This document shows, in pieces, positions 8,007 to 17,921 of a stretch of 64,000 nt of DNA (the first letter of the stretch is position 1; each line of letters starts with the position of its first letter). Both the position numbers and the translations under genes were made by a program. The DNA comes from a virus (lineage: Duplodnaviria; Heunggongvirae; Uroviricota; Caudoviricetes): IMG/VR virus record IMGVR_UViG_3300025131_000004; one strand, given 5' to 3'. The notes under the pieces were generated by a model. It ran no database searches. It was not told the origin of the DNA and saw only the letters and a list, made by a program, of their open reading frames with translations.

Positions 8007-9488
8007 ATGGCAGCGCCACAAATTGTACTTGCTCAGATACAACAGGCAGGTGTTCTGGTAACCGCTTACGAAGAGTTCCTCTTTGGCAAGGTCCTTTCTG
8101 GATCTCTTCATGCAGAGCCTGCCCTTGATGCACTTCATACAAGAACCATTGTAAAGCACATGGAGGCTGCAACGGCCATCGGAACCGCCTTCAAAGAGGT
8201 AGAGAACAAAGACAAGACCGATCCTTTACAGGTCGTGGATACAGCGGAGAGAGATGCGGAAGAGGGAACAGACTCCGATCCGGTAATCGTCTCTCCTGCT
8301 GCAAGTCCCAATCCTGGAAAAGAGGATAGGCGTCCCAATATGGGGCTCGACTCTTGGGCAGGAGACATCTTTACTGGAGATACCGCTGAGGTTGAAAAGA
8401 AGCTTAGACAACTTTGGGCAAATTGTATTCCCTGTGATAGACCGACATTGGCTGGGGTCGATTGGGGAAACGTACTGGAGGCATTCGATCTAGACTGGAA
8501 GGCTCGTCTTCTTTGGTTGGATGAGCTATTTGATTTCCTTGGTCGTCTTGATGAGTTGATTGATCTTTGTGATGTGCTCAACTTCCTCAATGGCATGTGT
8601 GTTCCAGACATCATTGCAATGATAGGAGTGCTTAAGTTCTTGCTTTCCAATCTGGCAAACTCATTGAAGGATGTTTCTCTTGGAGACTTGCTTAATGGGC
8701 TGCTTGGGTCCATGCTTCAGCCATATACAAATATGCTTATGGCTATCTTGAGAAAATGGATGGGCCTTATCTTTCAGCCTATCGAATGTATTATAACCTC
8801 TCTGATCACTGAGATGGAAAAGATCCCAGGCACAGAGGGAGCAAGGCACTGCTTAAGAGAAGTCAATAAGTCCAACAAGAGGTTGGTACAGTCTACCCTT
8901 ACTGGAGATACAAAGAAGTTTCAGGGCGGTCTGACAAAGCTAGATGACTGCACTGGATTAGGGTTGGCCTATACATCTACTCTCGGTTCGTTAGGTCAAA
9001 AGCTTCTAGAAGGCGAGGCTCTGGCGAGAGACAAGTTATTGTTAGTAGAGAAGTTTTTGAAAGAGATCCTTATTTCAGATTCACAGTCTTCGGGTTTCTT
9101 TCTTAAAATCACTTTGCAGATCAAGCATCTTCTTAGGTTGCTGGCTTTTATGGGCGCGTTCCTTATCGTAGCGGTAAACTCTGAGAACATAGATGAGTAT
9201 TGCAATGGAAAGGATCTCAGCGAAGATGCGATTGAGTCTTTTGTCGCTGCGTTGAGTCCGTCTATGCCGGGTGATGTTACAGTAAAGAGAGACGCCGACG
9301 GTGCTCTTGCAGGATTTATCTGGGGTGGCCCAGACCTTGGCAGCAGCTCTGGTGGATCTGACAAGAACGCACAAGGGCAAGAGACACAAGAAGTGTTCTC
9401 TTCCTTTGCCAAGTGCACTAGAGGACATCAAAGCCTCGATCTAAGTCGTATGCAGGCTTGGATTCTAGAACAAGAGAAGGAGTTGTAA
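8007..9488 (+). CDS. Helical, Cys-containing hypothetical protein between terminase and portal
   Basis: 493 aa, Leu-rich amphipathic/hydrophobic helices, CIPC and scattered Cys. Confidence 0.7.
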   Translation: MAAPQIVLAQIQQAGVLVTAYEEFLFGKVLSGSLHAEPALDALHTRTIVKHMEAATAIGTAFKEVENKDKTDPLQVVDTAERDAEEGTDSDPVIVSPAASPNPGKEDRRPNMGLDSWAGDIFTGDTAEVEKKLRQLWANCIPCDRPTLAGVDWGNVLEAFDLDWKARLLWLDELFDFLGRLDELIDLCDVLNFLNGMCVPDIIAMIGVLKFLLSNLANSLKDVSLGDLLNGLLGSMLQPYTNMLMAILRKWMGLIFQPIECIITSLITEMEKIPGTEGARHCLREVNKSNKRLVQSTLTGDTKKFQGGLTKLDDCTGLGLAYTSTLGSLGQKLLEGEALARDKLLLVEKFLKEILISDSQSSGFFLKITLQIKHLLRLLAFMGAFLIVAVNSENIDEYCNGKDLSEDAIESFVAALSPSMPGDVTVKRDADGALAGFIWGGPDLGSSSGGSDKNAQGQETQEVFSSFAKCTRGHQSLDLSRMQAWILEQEKEL

Positions 9489-11579
9489 ATGGCTTTTTGG
9501 GACGATTGGTTCAAAAGTACAGACGCTAAGAAGCAGAGATCCAAGACGATTAGGATCTCTCGTGTCCGCACATTGATAGACCCTACACTCAATTACCCCC
9601 AAGCTCTGGGCGGTGGTCGTTGGTCAGGCGATGGCTTCAACGTACCTGAATACAACTTCCTTGAGATAGGTCAGGCAGAAGACACAGAGTCTTATGTAAT
9701 GCAGGCTCATCTAAAGAAGCTTGCACTGATGTTTAAGGAGGGCTTCGACTTCGTTGGTCAAGATGAGCAGTCTGTCCAGTATATCCTGAAGAGGATCTCT
9801 CAAATAGAAAGGGCCTGCTGTCATTCATTCTGGAATCTCCTTGTGGGTGTCGGTCATGACCTGATCAGATACTCCAACTCCTTCATGGTAAAGGTTCGCA
9901 AAGAATTCGATAACAAAGGCAGACCTGTCTCTGGAGGGCTGGTTCGAACAACTCCTGATGGAAAGAAACTTGAACCTATCGCTGCCTACTTCCGCCTCTC
10001 CCCTGAAACCGTAGAGATCAAAAGAAACAAGTCCAATGGAAAGGTAGAAAGATATCGTCAGGTAATGCCAGATGGATCCAAGAAGGAGTATCCAGCTCAC
10101 GACGTCATTCACTTCCACTTCAATCGCAAAGGTCACTTTGACGTGGGGACTCCTTCAATCATTCCAGTACTAGATGATATCCGTGCTCTTCGTAGAATCG
10201 AACAGAACGTAGAGATCCTGGTCTACCAACACCTCTTCCCGCTATACCAATACACAGTCGGCACAGAGGACGCTCCCGCACAGGTCTATACAGACGGAGA
10301 GTCTGAGATTGACCTTGTACGCAAAGAGATTGAGATGCTCCCTGCAGAAGGAATGCTCGTAACTCCAGAGAGACATGAGATCAAGCCTGTCGGAGCAGAG
10401 GGCAGTGCTCTAAAGGTAGAGGGATACCTAGAGCACTTCAAGAAAAGAATTATTGCTGGACTAGGAGTTTCCGCTGTAGACTTCGGTGACGGAAACACTG
10501 CCAACAGAGCTACGGCAGATAATATGTCAAGGCTCTTAATCGACAATGTTAAGTTTTATCAACAGGTTCTCTCTGATCAGATCAAGACGTTTGTGTTAGA
10601 TGAACTGTTATTGGAAAGCACCTTTGATGGCGACAAGCTATCTTTGGACAGAGCGGTACGTCACCGCTTCAATGAGATTGATACTGAACAACAGATCAAG
10701 GTAGATACGCATGCCTCCTTGATGTACCAGTCGAATGTCTGGACACTGAATGAGGCAAGAGAACGAATGAACAGGAATCCTCTTTCTCCTGGTGACGAGA
10801 GTGATCTTCACTTAGAGAAGGTTGAGAAGAGCATGCTTCAAGAGACCGCAAGGTTGGCTCCTTCTCCTGCAGCGGGGTCTTCTTCGGACGATCCTGCAAA
10901 GAAGGCTACGGCTACAAAGACCAGACCTTCTAATCAGCATGGGACCAAGAGTGGCCCAGAGAAGAAGCGTAGCTTTGTGGACATGGGGCTAGGTGAACAG
11001 TTCGACGAGATCAGAGACGACGTAATCTCTTTGATCAAGAGAGATGGAGATAGACTTAACCAAGGCTTGATTCGACAGACCATCCTTGCTGGAGCGACAG
11101 CTTCAAAACAAGAGTATAAGAGCAAGGTCTTTAACGCGATGGTCAGAGGAGCTAGAGCTGGTGGTCTTTCTCATAGCGATGCAGAGCAATTGGTCGGTAG
11201 GCGTATGGCGCCTATGATCACACGGTTCGATTCAGACATAGATCGTCTTTATAGACAGGTCAGTCATCTGATTGGAAATCTAGTTTCACAAAGAGGAGAC
11301 AAGTCTCCGGAGGTGAGGCTGGCATTCAACTCATTGAGGTACAGAACAAAGTTCATTGCTGCAACCGACATGCATCGTGCAGAGAACTTTGGAAAGGGTA
11401 TCGCCATGAATGCTCTTGGGCACGAAGTCGCGATCTCAACACAGCACAGTGATGAGGATGATATCTGTAAGGAACGCCACGGACAGGAAATACAGCTCTT
11501 GGCTTTGGGAATCGATGAGGTTCCTCCCTACCATCCCATGTGCCAATGTGATCTCACCCCAAAGAGGACAGATGATTAA
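9489..11579 (+). CDS. Portal protein with C-terminal MuF-like (minor head) domain
   Basis: Lies between terminase and protease; portal-like segments (LSPETVEI..VIHF..G..SIIPVLDDIRALRRIE; WTLNEARERM); C-terminal RTKFIAATDMHRA..C..VPPYHPMCQC. Confidence 0.8.
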   Translation: MAFWDDWFKSTDAKKQRSKTIRISRVRTLIDPTLNYPQALGGGRWSGDGFNVPEYNFLEIGQAEDTESYVMQAHLKKLALMFKEGFDFVGQDEQSVQYILKRISQIERACCHSFWNLLVGVGHDLIRYSNSFMVKVRKEFDNKGRPVSGGLVRTTPDGKKLEPIAAYFRLSPETVEIKRNKSNGKVERYRQVMPDGSKKEYPAHDVIHFHFNRKGHFDVGTPSIIPVLDDIRALRRIEQNVEILVYQHLFPLYQYTVGTEDAPAQVYTDGESEIDLVRKEIEMLPAEGMLVTPERHEIKPVGAEGSALKVEGYLEHFKKRIIAGLGVSAVDFGDGNTANRATADNMSRLLIDNVKFYQQVLSDQIKTFVLDELLLESTFDGDKLSLDRAVRHRFNEIDTEQQIKVDTHASLMYQSNVWTLNEARERMNRNPLSPGDESDLHLEKVEKSMLQETARLAPSPAAGSSSDDPAKKATATKTRPSNQHGTKSGPEKKRSFVDMGLGEQFDEIRDDVISLIKRDGDRLNQGLIRQTILAGATASKQEYKSKVFNAMVRGARAGGLSHSDAEQLVGRRMAPMITRFDSDIDRLYRQVSHLIGNLVSQRGDKSPEVRLAFNSLRYRTKFIAATDMHRAENFGKGIAMNALGHEVAISTQHSDEDDICKERHGQEIQLLALGIDEVPPYHPMCQCDLTPKRTDD

Positions 11580-11994
11580 CGAAGTTCTTCGAGAGCAAAA
11601 GAGGTTGGCTCAGCAAAGATATCGGGAGAATCACCCTGATAGAGTCAAGGCTCAGAAAGCGGCTTATTACGAAAAGAATAAAGAACGTGAACAAGAAAAA
11701 CAGAAAAGATATCGAGATCTTACCAAAGAGGAAAGAAAGCTTTATGATCGTAAATATAGAGTTAAGAGTAAATATGGCCTTGATTGGGATAAGTATAAAG
11801 AATTGATTTCTTCTGGTTGTGAAATATGTGGATCTATGCCCGAAGAAACTATTATGCACCTTGATCACGATCACTTATCTGGTAAGATTCGGGGCCCTCT
11901 GTGTATCCATTGCAATACTGCTTTGGGATCATTCAAAGATGATATTGCTTTATTGAAAAAAGCAGTTCAGTACTTAGAGAAGCAAGATGCGTAA
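11572..11994 (+). CDS. Free-standing endonuclease VII-type HNH homing endonuclease; likely start ATG 11572
   Basis: KYGL..CEICG..HLDHDH..IRGPLCIHCNTALG; visibly AT-rich relative to its flanks. Confidence 0.88.
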   Translation: MINEVLREQKRLAQQRYRENHPDRVKAQKAAYYEKNKEREQEKQKRYRDLTKEERKLYDRKYRVKSKYGLDWDKYKELISSGCEICGSMPEETIMHLDHDHLSGKIRGPLCIHCNTALGSFKDDIALLKKAVQYLEKQDA

Positions 11995-12025
11995 GCGCCT
12001 GAGTAGGAAATTGGAGAAAAAGAGA

Positions 12026-13843
12026 ATGGATAAGTTTATTAGGTTCAGAGACTATATCGAGATCAAGCCAGTCAAGCTCACTGATGGTAGGCTCGCGCAG
12101 AAGTTTGCAGACAACCACCTTGGAGCAGGACAGTCCTTGGAGGTCCTTGCAGACCTGACATTCGCAGGACTGAAGACAAAGAACCGCGCTCTCTACCTGC
12201 CAGACGAAGTCGCCAGAGGAGTGAAGTCTTGGCTCAAGCCATACGGAAAGCCAATCCAGCTACACCATGAGGATCACTTAGATCCCATTGGCAGGATCAT
12301 CGACGCCAGATACATCAACACCATGGACCAGGTCATGCACGCCAACGACTCTGTAAGGGACTACGTAAAGCTTAATGACTTTTGGAAGGTCAAGGACAAG
12401 GCTGCGGTCTTTGGAGAGATGCTAAGACTTTCCAAGGATGAGACCTATCAAGGTCTTGGCCGTATCCGTGGACACCTGAGAATCACTGATAGAGATGCAA
12501 TTGAGAAATTGGCAGACGGAAGATACCTTACTGGTTCTGCTGGCTTCAGAGCGGCACATGCCTGGTGTTCTACCTGCATGATCAACGATGAACCGACCGA
12601 CTGGGCAGACGATGGTCCTTGCGACCACTCTCCTGGTGAAGACTACAAGGGTCTTGAGTGTGTACTTATTCCTGGTGGAATCGCCTACGATGAGTACTCT
12701 TTCGTCAACCACCCAGCTCTCGTTCATTCTCAGGTCGTAGAGCTCGGAACTGCAGGGTTTGCGGACAAGCGCGTTGATATCAAGATGGATGACAAGGAAA
12801 TCCCTAAAGGATTCTATGAGCTTTTTGTTCGTAATAAGGATGAAAATGGGGATGTGTCTGTTATTAATATAGAGGACGAGGAAGACAATAATATCCTCGA
12901 CTTCCAAACAAGATTTACCGACATGCTGATGCTTCTAGACAAGAAGACAGAATCGGCAGAGGATATCGATCCGACAATTAAGGATCCAGAACAGAGGGAG
13001 ACAAATATGCTAAGCCTCATGAACATTACCAAGGACACAGCGACTAACTATGCAACGCTGGTCGAACACCTACCAGAGGACGCAAAGCTGACTGATGAGA
13101 AGTTAGCTGAGCTAGATGACTCCGCCTTCATTGGCGTAGGTAGAACATTCCCAGTGCCAGACGCTGCTCACGCAGAAGCCGTGAGAAAGGTCCTTGACCA
13201 GGTTGAGGAGGGAGAGGGGCTAAAGACCCTGCTTCTTTCTGAGCTTGACAAGGCTGAGAAGAAGTTTGATGATTCTCAGGGAAATACAGATACTTCCGAT
13301 GACGCAGGAGTTATTGGAGAGGGAGATGGGGAAACTGACCCCGTCACCAAGCTACAGGATGAGATTGAAGATCTAAAGGTTAAGCTTTCTGAGAAAGATC
13401 AGATGGTTGAGCTACTTCGTAGAAACCTCACCTCCGTAGAAGACGAGCTTAACCGAGCCAACGAGGCAGCTCTTGAGTTTAACAAGAGAGCTCATGATCT
13501 CGTGGCCGAGAAGATCGTTGACAAGAAGGTCGCTCTCGGAGAGACTGTTGAAGACAGAGATACCGTGATTAAGGATTTTGCATCCAGAACATGGGAGTCA
13601 CTGTCTGACACGCTAAAGGATCTGGAAGGAAGAACCTCCACTCCTGGTCTTGCCAGAGACACTGTAGAAGATGCAATCGTCGACGATCCGACGAACGAGA
13701 CTGAGGCTGACCTCACCAAGTTCGCAGCAATCGTTGAACAATACAAGGATCATAAGCTCTATAAGGGCGCAGCCTGGGCCGAAATGTGGCTCCAGAACGT
13801 CAAGCATCAGGGACTTTTCCCAGCTGACGCAAAGATCCAATAA
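12026..13843 (+). CDS. Prohead protease fused to acidic linker and coiled-coil scaffold; likely start ATG 12026
   Basis: KPIQLHHEDHLDPIGRI (His), DAIEKLADGRYLTGSAG (Ser), EYSFVNHPA; C-terminal coiled coil; GGAG RBS at 12013. Confidence 0.8.
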   Translation: MDKFIRFRDYIEIKPVKLTDGRLAQKFADNHLGAGQSLEVLADLTFAGLKTKNRALYLPDEVARGVKSWLKPYGKPIQLHHEDHLDPIGRIIDARYINTMDQVMHANDSVRDYVKLNDFWKVKDKAAVFGEMLRLSKDETYQGLGRIRGHLRITDRDAIEKLADGRYLTGSAGFRAAHAWCSTCMINDEPTDWADDGPCDHSPGEDYKGLECVLIPGGIAYDEYSFVNHPALVHSQVVELGTAGFADKRVDIKMDDKEIPKGFYELFVRNKDENGDVSVINIEDEEDNNILDFQTRFTDMLMLLDKKTESAEDIDPTIKDPEQRETNMLSLMNITKDTATNYATLVEHLPEDAKLTDEKLAELDDSAFIGVGRTFPVPDAAHAEAVRKVLDQVEEGEGLKTLLLSELDKAEKKFDDSQGNTDTSDDAGVIGEGDGETDPVTKLQDEIEDLKVKLSEKDQMVELLRRNLTSVEDELNRANEAALEFNKRAHDLVAEKIVDKKVALGETVEDRDTVIKDFASRTWESLSDTLKDLEGRTSTPGLARDTVEDAIVDDPTNETEADLTKFAAIVEQYKDHKLYKGAAWAEMWLQNVKHQGLFPADAKIQ

Positions 13844-13860
13844 TTAGGAGAATCTAAGAA

Positions 13861-15153
13861 ATGGTTAGACTCTATACACCAATCCACAGAAGGTATTCAG
13901 ACCAGGGAATTATTGTCCCGAACGTTGAGCTATCAGAGGGCATTCGTCCCTTTATCGGCACAGAGGTAGCCCCGTACCTTCCAGTACAGCAGCTAGAAGA
14001 GTATCATGGCGATCACTACTCTATCCTAACGGGTAAGGCAGTTTCCATGGACAGCTTGGGCTTCGTAACCCTGGCAGGACTCAGACTACAGATGGACGCA
14101 GTCCGTGACGACCCAGAGTATGCAAACGGTGCAGCCGGCAGCCTTGACTTCGGTGTTGCAGACGCTGATGGAATCATCGCAGGCGGCGCACTTACCCTGT
14201 ATGACGCAACTGACGTTGCTCAGGCAGTTTGGGATGCGCGTGGCGCAGCAGCCGTGGCTAACGAGCCTGTCATCTGGGCATTCCTCAGAGACACGCTAGG
14301 CAACTGTCCAATGGACTTCGGAGCAGGCGACAACACGACTGCATTCAATCCAGCAGGCGTTGTTGACCCGTCCGGCACAATCGTCAACACTGACGTTTAC
14401 AACTTCGAGTTCGTAGACTCAGTCACCGTCGGTTATCCACAGGGTGTCGCACCTTACTCATACTACAGAAGCTCTCGTAACTTGACGGCAGCAACTGCAG
14501 CAGCAGTAGGTCTGACCAGACCTTTCGGTGCCAACGTGAACTTCTCTGTCTTCAGCCCAACCGGTCTGAGGCAGCACAACTACAACAAGCAGGGTCGTGT
14601 TGCGATCCTTTGTGACTATGCATGTGAGTACCCTTGGGTCACCACAGCAGCTAACGTTCTCATTGAGGGCATGGCAGTATTCCAGGGAGCTCTTCAGGCT
14701 GACGCTGGTGTAGGTCCTCGCCCTGGTGACTTTGTCACCATCAATGCAGCTTCCAACCTAGTCCTAGAAGGACGTGTTGGTGGCAACGCAAACAACAATG
14801 GTGGATGGGAGCAGGCTCCAGTAGTCGAGGGTCTTGATCTTGGAAACGGTGACGCAGGTCTCGTAGCCAACCAGAGAGCTCTTGAGAATAGGCTGGGACG
14901 CTTCGCTGGCTACCGCATGGGACAGCTACTAAGAGTACAGGATGCTCATGTTGATACCGCATATCTGACGCGAGTTAGGTCTAGGTTTGAAGACAACGGC
15001 GGATTCGCCGGAGCAACGTCCGACTTTACGGACATTGACAGACTGCCAGGTACGGCGACGGGCGGACAGCCTTGGAACGTATGGGCAGCAGGACGCACAG
15101 ACGCGGCTCCAGCAGAGACTGGAAGCGTAATCGTTAACTTGATTTCTCGCTAA
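13861..15153 (+). CDS. Head decoration/cement protein
   Basis: Sits immediately before the MCP; strong RBS; beta-rich and acidic. Confidence 0.6.
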   Translation: MVRLYTPIHRRYSDQGIIVPNVELSEGIRPFIGTEVAPYLPVQQLEEYHGDHYSILTGKAVSMDSLGFVTLAGLRLQMDAVRDDPEYANGAAGSLDFGVADADGIIAGGALTLYDATDVAQAVWDARGAAAVANEPVIWAFLRDTLGNCPMDFGAGDNTTAFNPAGVVDPSGTIVNTDVYNFEFVDSVTVGYPQGVAPYSYYRSSRNLTAATAAAVGLTRPFGANVNFSVFSPTGLRQHNYNKQGRVAILCDYACEYPWVTTAANVLIEGMAVFQGALQADAGVGPRPGDFVTINAASNLVLEGRVGGNANNNGGWEQAPVVEGLDLGNGDAGLVANQRALENRLGRFAGYRMGQLLRVQDAHVDTAYLTRVRSRFEDNGGFAGATSDFTDIDRLPGTATGGQPWNVWAAGRTDAAPAETGSVIVNLISR

Positions 15154-15181
15154 AAAGAGGAGAATCAGATAGGAGATACAA

Positions 15182-16426
15182 ATGCCAAAGGGTAAGAGCT
15201 TTAAGGATGATTTCAGAGGCTACGAATATATGTGGAGGCATCAGGGTAAGTGCCTTGATGGTGACAAGCTTTCTTTCGAGGATGCATTGGCCACACCAGA
15301 AGCCGGATACTTTATTCCTCGTGTAATCACAAACGCAATTCAAGAAGCAGTGGAGCCGCTGCTAATCGGTCCTAGCCTTCTAACTAGGCTACAGTTCCAG
15401 CCTGGAACGTTCATCAACCTTCCGATCATGGGAGCACTTGACGGTGACTTCGATATGGGTGAGGAAGAAGAATACCAGGAGATCAGGGTCACGTTAGGCC
15501 CAGGAACGGCAATCACCAGCGTCGGAAAGACCGGTGTAGCCGTTAAGTTCTCTGAGGAAATTCTTCGTTACTCGTCATTCGACGTAGTCACGATGCACAC
15601 CAGTGCAGCAGGCAAGGCGCTAGCCAGATATAAGGAGCGCAAAATCTTTGAGCTTCTTCTCAATGAGGGCACTGTCACTCACGACAACGCCGCTCCTGCG
15701 ACTGCGCAGTTCGGTACAACTACCGGACGTAACTTGGTCGGAGCAGCTAACGGCTCTGTTAGAATGGAGGACCTCTTCGAGGCTTACTCTGTACTAGTGG
15801 CCAATGGTTTCATTCCCAACCTGCTTATCGTTCACCCACTCACCTGGCTGATGTTTGTACAGGACCCAGTCCTGAGAGCATTCGCACTACAGAATGGTGG
15901 TGGAGCGATGTTCCAGGGATGGACAGGCAATCCTGGCAACATGGACTTCCCGTCTCAGTTTGGCGGACAGGGCGCTGCAGGCGGTAACTATCTGGTTCCG
16001 TCTCACGCTGGTCAGCACGCTGGTGCACAGGATGTTCCATCCGCACTGACGAACTACTCTCAGAACCTAACCAGCGCTCCACAGCTACCTGGTTACTTCG
16101 GGTTCCCAATGAGTGTTCTAGTCAGCCCGTTCATGGCATTCAACACCGCAAACAACACGACTGACATCATCATGGCGTCAGCTGACGAGCTTGGTTACTT
16201 CATTGAAGACCATGGCTTGGTGGTTGAGGACTGGACCGACCCAAGGAACGATATCCTTAAGGTCAAGATGAAGGAACGTTACAGCTTGGCTGTTAAGAAT
16301 GAGGGTCTTGGTATCGCCGTACTAAGAAACGTTGAGGTTACACCTAACGAGATCGTTCTGCCTGCTCAGGCTCACATTGATGTTGGTGGTGCTATTGACG
16401 CGATCAACCGTGGCGTAGCGATCTAA
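15182..16426 (+). CDS. Major capsid protein (HK97 fold)
   Basis: IPRVITNAIQEAVEP; GKTGVAVKFSEEILRYSSFDV..ALARYKE; VHPLTW; WTDPRNDILKVKMKERY; size and position fit. Confidence 0.85.
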   Translation: MPKGKSFKDDFRGYEYMWRHQGKCLDGDKLSFEDALATPEAGYFIPRVITNAIQEAVEPLLIGPSLLTRLQFQPGTFINLPIMGALDGDFDMGEEEEYQEIRVTLGPGTAITSVGKTGVAVKFSEEILRYSSFDVVTMHTSAAGKALARYKERKIFELLLNEGTVTHDNAAPATAQFGTTTGRNLVGAANGSVRMEDLFEAYSVLVANGFIPNLLIVHPLTWLMFVQDPVLRAFALQNGGGAMFQGWTGNPGNMDFPSQFGGQGAAGGNYLVPSHAGQHAGAQDVPSALTNYSQNLTSAPQLPGYFGFPMSVLVSPFMAFNTANNTTDIIMASADELGYFIEDHGLVVEDWTDPRNDILKVKMKERYSLAVKNEGLGIAVLRNVEVTPNEIVLPAQAHIDVGGAIDAINRGVAI

Positions 16427-16435
16427 TAACATCGC

Positions 16436-16454
16436 ACTGACCTTATCGGTTAGT
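16436..16454 (+). promoter_or_regulatory. Short hairpin after the MCP gene (possible mRNA-stabilising/processing stem)
   Basis: ACTGACC-TTATC-GGTTAGT, no U-tract. Confidence 0.3.
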
Positions 16455-16469
16455 ACATAGGAGATAACA

Positions 16470-17036
16470 ATGCCAGATTGGAGCAAGGAAGCACTTGTAA
16501 ATAGAGGATGGTCACAGACTGTTCTTCCGCCAGGAAACTGGTCCGGAATTTCAGGCGTGTGGACTGAGTCTTACGACGATGTCGCGAACCTATTCCGTCT
16601 TCGTAGAGGCCTTGATGCAGCAGTGACAGAATTTGTCATCTGCGCACCAATGGAGGGAAGATCCAGACTTGGATCAGACGCCGCTACAAGCAAGGGATTA
16701 AGGTTGGTAAGTGTGGAACTCAACTATGAGGTAAGAACTGCAGATCTTCAAAATGTGACTGTTCTTCCTCTCAGGTATACACCACCTGCTAATGGTGTAG
16801 TCGCAGCCTCTACAGCAATCGTGGGAGCATATGATGCAGCCCATGACCTTGCAGCAGAGAGAGGGTTGGATACCGCCAATCCTGAATTGCATACTCTGCT
16901 ATTCACTCTGACGACAGCAGATTACTTTGACGCTGACGAAGCGCTCTTGGTAAGGGTGGCTGTTGATGGCGATGCAGGCGCAGCGGGCATCTTCGACTGG
17001 AGAAGCCTTGTCCTTCATTGGGACGCAGGAGCATAA
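16470..17036 (+). CDS. Putative head-associated virion protein
   Basis: 188 aa, AGGAG RBS, directly after the MCP. Confidence 0.65.
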   Translation: MPDWSKEALVNRGWSQTVLPPGNWSGISGVWTESYDDVANLFRLRRGLDAAVTEFVICAPMEGRSRLGSDAATSKGLRLVSVELNYEVRTADLQNVTVLPLRYTPPANGVVAASTAIVGAYDAAHDLAAERGLDTANPELHTLLFTLTTADYFDADEALLVRVAVDGDAGAAGIFDWRSLVLHWDAGA

Positions 17037-17039
17037 ACA

Positions 17040-17534
17040 ATGGCAGATATTACTACCAAGGTTGCTGGTGCAGCGTTTGATCTCGCTGGAACAGACACTG
17101 GAGAAGCAGCACAATTAGACATTCTTGATGCGGCAGCATCGATGGTTGCAGCACAGGTGGAAGCAGCTCTTGCTGAGCTTTCCACTCCTGTTACACTCAG
17201 TGCAGCTGCAGAGGGTGGCGATGCTATAGTCGTGACTCTGGCAGGCCCTGCTCACGCAGCACAGTACTTTGCACAGGTTTACGATGCAGCTGGTCTCGAA
17301 GCTCTCGTTGGCGTATGGACTATCACAATCGGTGGTGGCGCGTCAGCAGTCTCGACAAACGTAAAGCCTGGCGTCGTATTCACCTCAAGCGCAGGTGGAG
17401 CAGCCACGCTGACTGTCACAGACGTTGCAACAGGAACAGGAGCGACTGTTTATCTCGAAGTAAGACCGGCAAGCGTACAGGCCGGATCAAAAGCAGGACC
17501 AGCAGCGCTGATCCCACTTACCTTCGCGGTATAA
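17040..17534 (+). CDS. Ala-rich Ig-like putative head decoration protein
   Basis: 164 aa; TSSAGGAATLTVTD..TVYLEV beta-sandwich pattern. Confidence 0.55.
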   Translation: MADITTKVAGAAFDLAGTDTGEAAQLDILDAAASMVAAQVEAALAELSTPVTLSAAAEGGDAIVVTLAGPAHAAQYFAQVYDAAGLEALVGVWTITIGGGASAVSTNVKPGVVFTSSAGGAATLTVTDVATGTGATVYLEVRPASVQAGSKAGPAALIPLTFAV

Positions 17535-17545
17535 AATTACACGGA

Positions 17546-17574
17546 TTGACTGAACTATAGAATTTGGTTATTCT
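17546..17574 (+). promoter_or_regulatory. Putative sigma70-type promoter
   Basis: TTGACT-17 nt-TATTCT, upstream of the GGAGGAGGAG RBS. Confidence 0.45.
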
Positions 17575-17590
17575 CTCGGAGGAGGAGAGA

Positions 17591-17873
17591 ATGGGTACAA
17601 TTGTCACTAGAGTAGTTGGTGGTGTCTCTATTAGAGCCGGCTCTGACGTTATCCTGGATTCAGGAGAAGACGTTGGATCCGTATCTAGAGGCTTCCTTGC
17701 TCTAACTGAAAATTTACAAGTATCAGATTCAGTCACAGTAGACACAGTGCAGTTCTTGGGGGGTGGCTCTAGCCCCTATAGACAATCAGTTCCTGATAGC
17801 TGCAACAGCATTGGGAACCGTAGCGAACTTAGCTGCAGCCATAACCTCGGCGTCTTTCTCGATGGCATTGTAA
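17591..17873 (+). pseudogene. Small virion protein gene with +1 frameshift in a G6 run (17758-17763), or a sequencing error
   Basis: Removing one G gives ..DTVQFLGVALAPIDNQFLIAATALGTVANLAAAITSASFSMAL ending in TAA. The uncorrected frame gives an atypical tail ending in TAG. Confidence 0.6.
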
Positions 17874-17902
17874 TTGACCTAAGAGATTAGAACACATACC
17901 AT
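17874..17902 (+). promoter_or_regulatory. Putative sigma70-type promoter
   Basis: TTGACC-17 nt-TACCAT, upstream of the AAGGAG RBS. Confidence 0.4.
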
Positions 17903-17921
17903 GTCCGTAAAGGAGAATGGT

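Noticed and set aside
4481-16426. Inteins in terminase, portal, protease or capsid
   Set aside because: No C/S...HN splice motifs or embedded endonuclease domains were seen. The extra length is explained by terminal extensions.
17564-17890. 108-aa ORF as given in the track
   Set aside because: The RBS points to ATG 17591, and the C-terminal half looks out of frame. It is better explained by the G6 frameshift.
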